Part shown: piece by piece, positions 63,972-64,000 of the stretch | Position numbering within the stretch: position 1 is the stretch's first letter | Layout: every line of letters starts with the position of its first letter | Source of the DNA: an uncultured Methanosarcinales archaeon | GTDB lineage: Archaea > Nanobdellota > Nanobdellia > Woesearchaeales > ARS49 | Direction: 5' to 3' | NCBI GenBank assembly: GCA_964550175.1 | Contig: CAZJXP010000001.1 | Span: 424,706 to 488,705 of the forward strand | DNA length: 64,000 nucleotides | Translations under genes and position numbers: made by a program | Notes under the pieces: model-generated | The model's database searches: none | Told to the model about the DNA's origin: nothing | What the model saw: the letters and a program-made list of their open reading frames with translations, nothing else

Positions 63972-64000
63972 CAGGGTTAAAATATCAAAATTGATGAACG

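Noticed and set aside
1-64000. CRISPR arrays, transposases/IS elements, integrases, prophage or toxin-antitoxin modules
   Set aside because: I found no spaced direct-repeat array, no DDE or tyrosine/serine recombinase motifs, no terminal inverted repeats flanking an ORF and no typical small TA gene pairs. The only repeat structures are the tRNA 5'-end copies and intragenic or paralogous repeats described above.

Overview
This 64-kb window looks like a compact archaeal chromosome segment. The archaeal markers are gatD/gatE, deoxyhypusine synthase, Cdc48/VCP, the RFC large subunit, aMBF1, a FlaI/FlaJ-type type IV filament ATPase and platform pair, and a GTPase/DUF2073/Zn-ribbon triad. The small, tightly packed gene set, mixed with bacterial-type accessory genes, suggests a reduced-genome (DPANN-like) archaeon; that is inference only.

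I call about 80 protein-coding genes on both strands. Many starts and stops overlap by 1-4 nt. There are six tRNA genes: Val-CAC, Pro-CGG, Arg-CCG, Arg-CCU, Thr-UGU and Phe-GAA. I saw no rRNA, CRISPR array, transposase or integrase.

Housekeeping content:
- the SMC C-terminus
- six aminoacyl-tRNA synthetases (Asn, Asp, Gly, Val, Cys, plus GatDE for Gln)
- TruD, Adk, TatD, a HAM1-type NTPase and a YbaK-type deacylase
- a HerA-like ATPase with an Mre11-like nuclease
- an OB-fold SSB, a parvulin, a LemA/TPM pair and an ABC-2 exporter

Most interesting observations:
1. An intact PocR-GAF-GGDEF diguanylate cyclase sits in this archaeal context. It lies downstream of an AbrB-PhoU regulator. Across a 520-bp hairpin-rich non-coding region it faces a DHH/DHHA1 phosphoesterase.
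2. An operon of three translationally coupled paralogues has no recognisable domain (23414-25019).
3. Three tandem 5-TM paralogues plus coiled-coil proteins lie next to the FlaI/FlaJ-type pair, and no pilin is recognisable.
4. gatE carries an in-frame TAA.
5. Two tRNA genes (Pro, Thr) are each preceded by a perfect 13- or 17-nt copy of their own 5' end. In both cases the good TATA box sits upstream of the copy rather than the gene.
6. Four tRNAs are followed on the same strand by a CDS start within 0-16 nt.
7. A eukaryote-like OGFOD1/Tpa1 prolyl hydroxylase is split into two coupled ORFs.

All family assignments come from motifs read by eye; no database search was possible.
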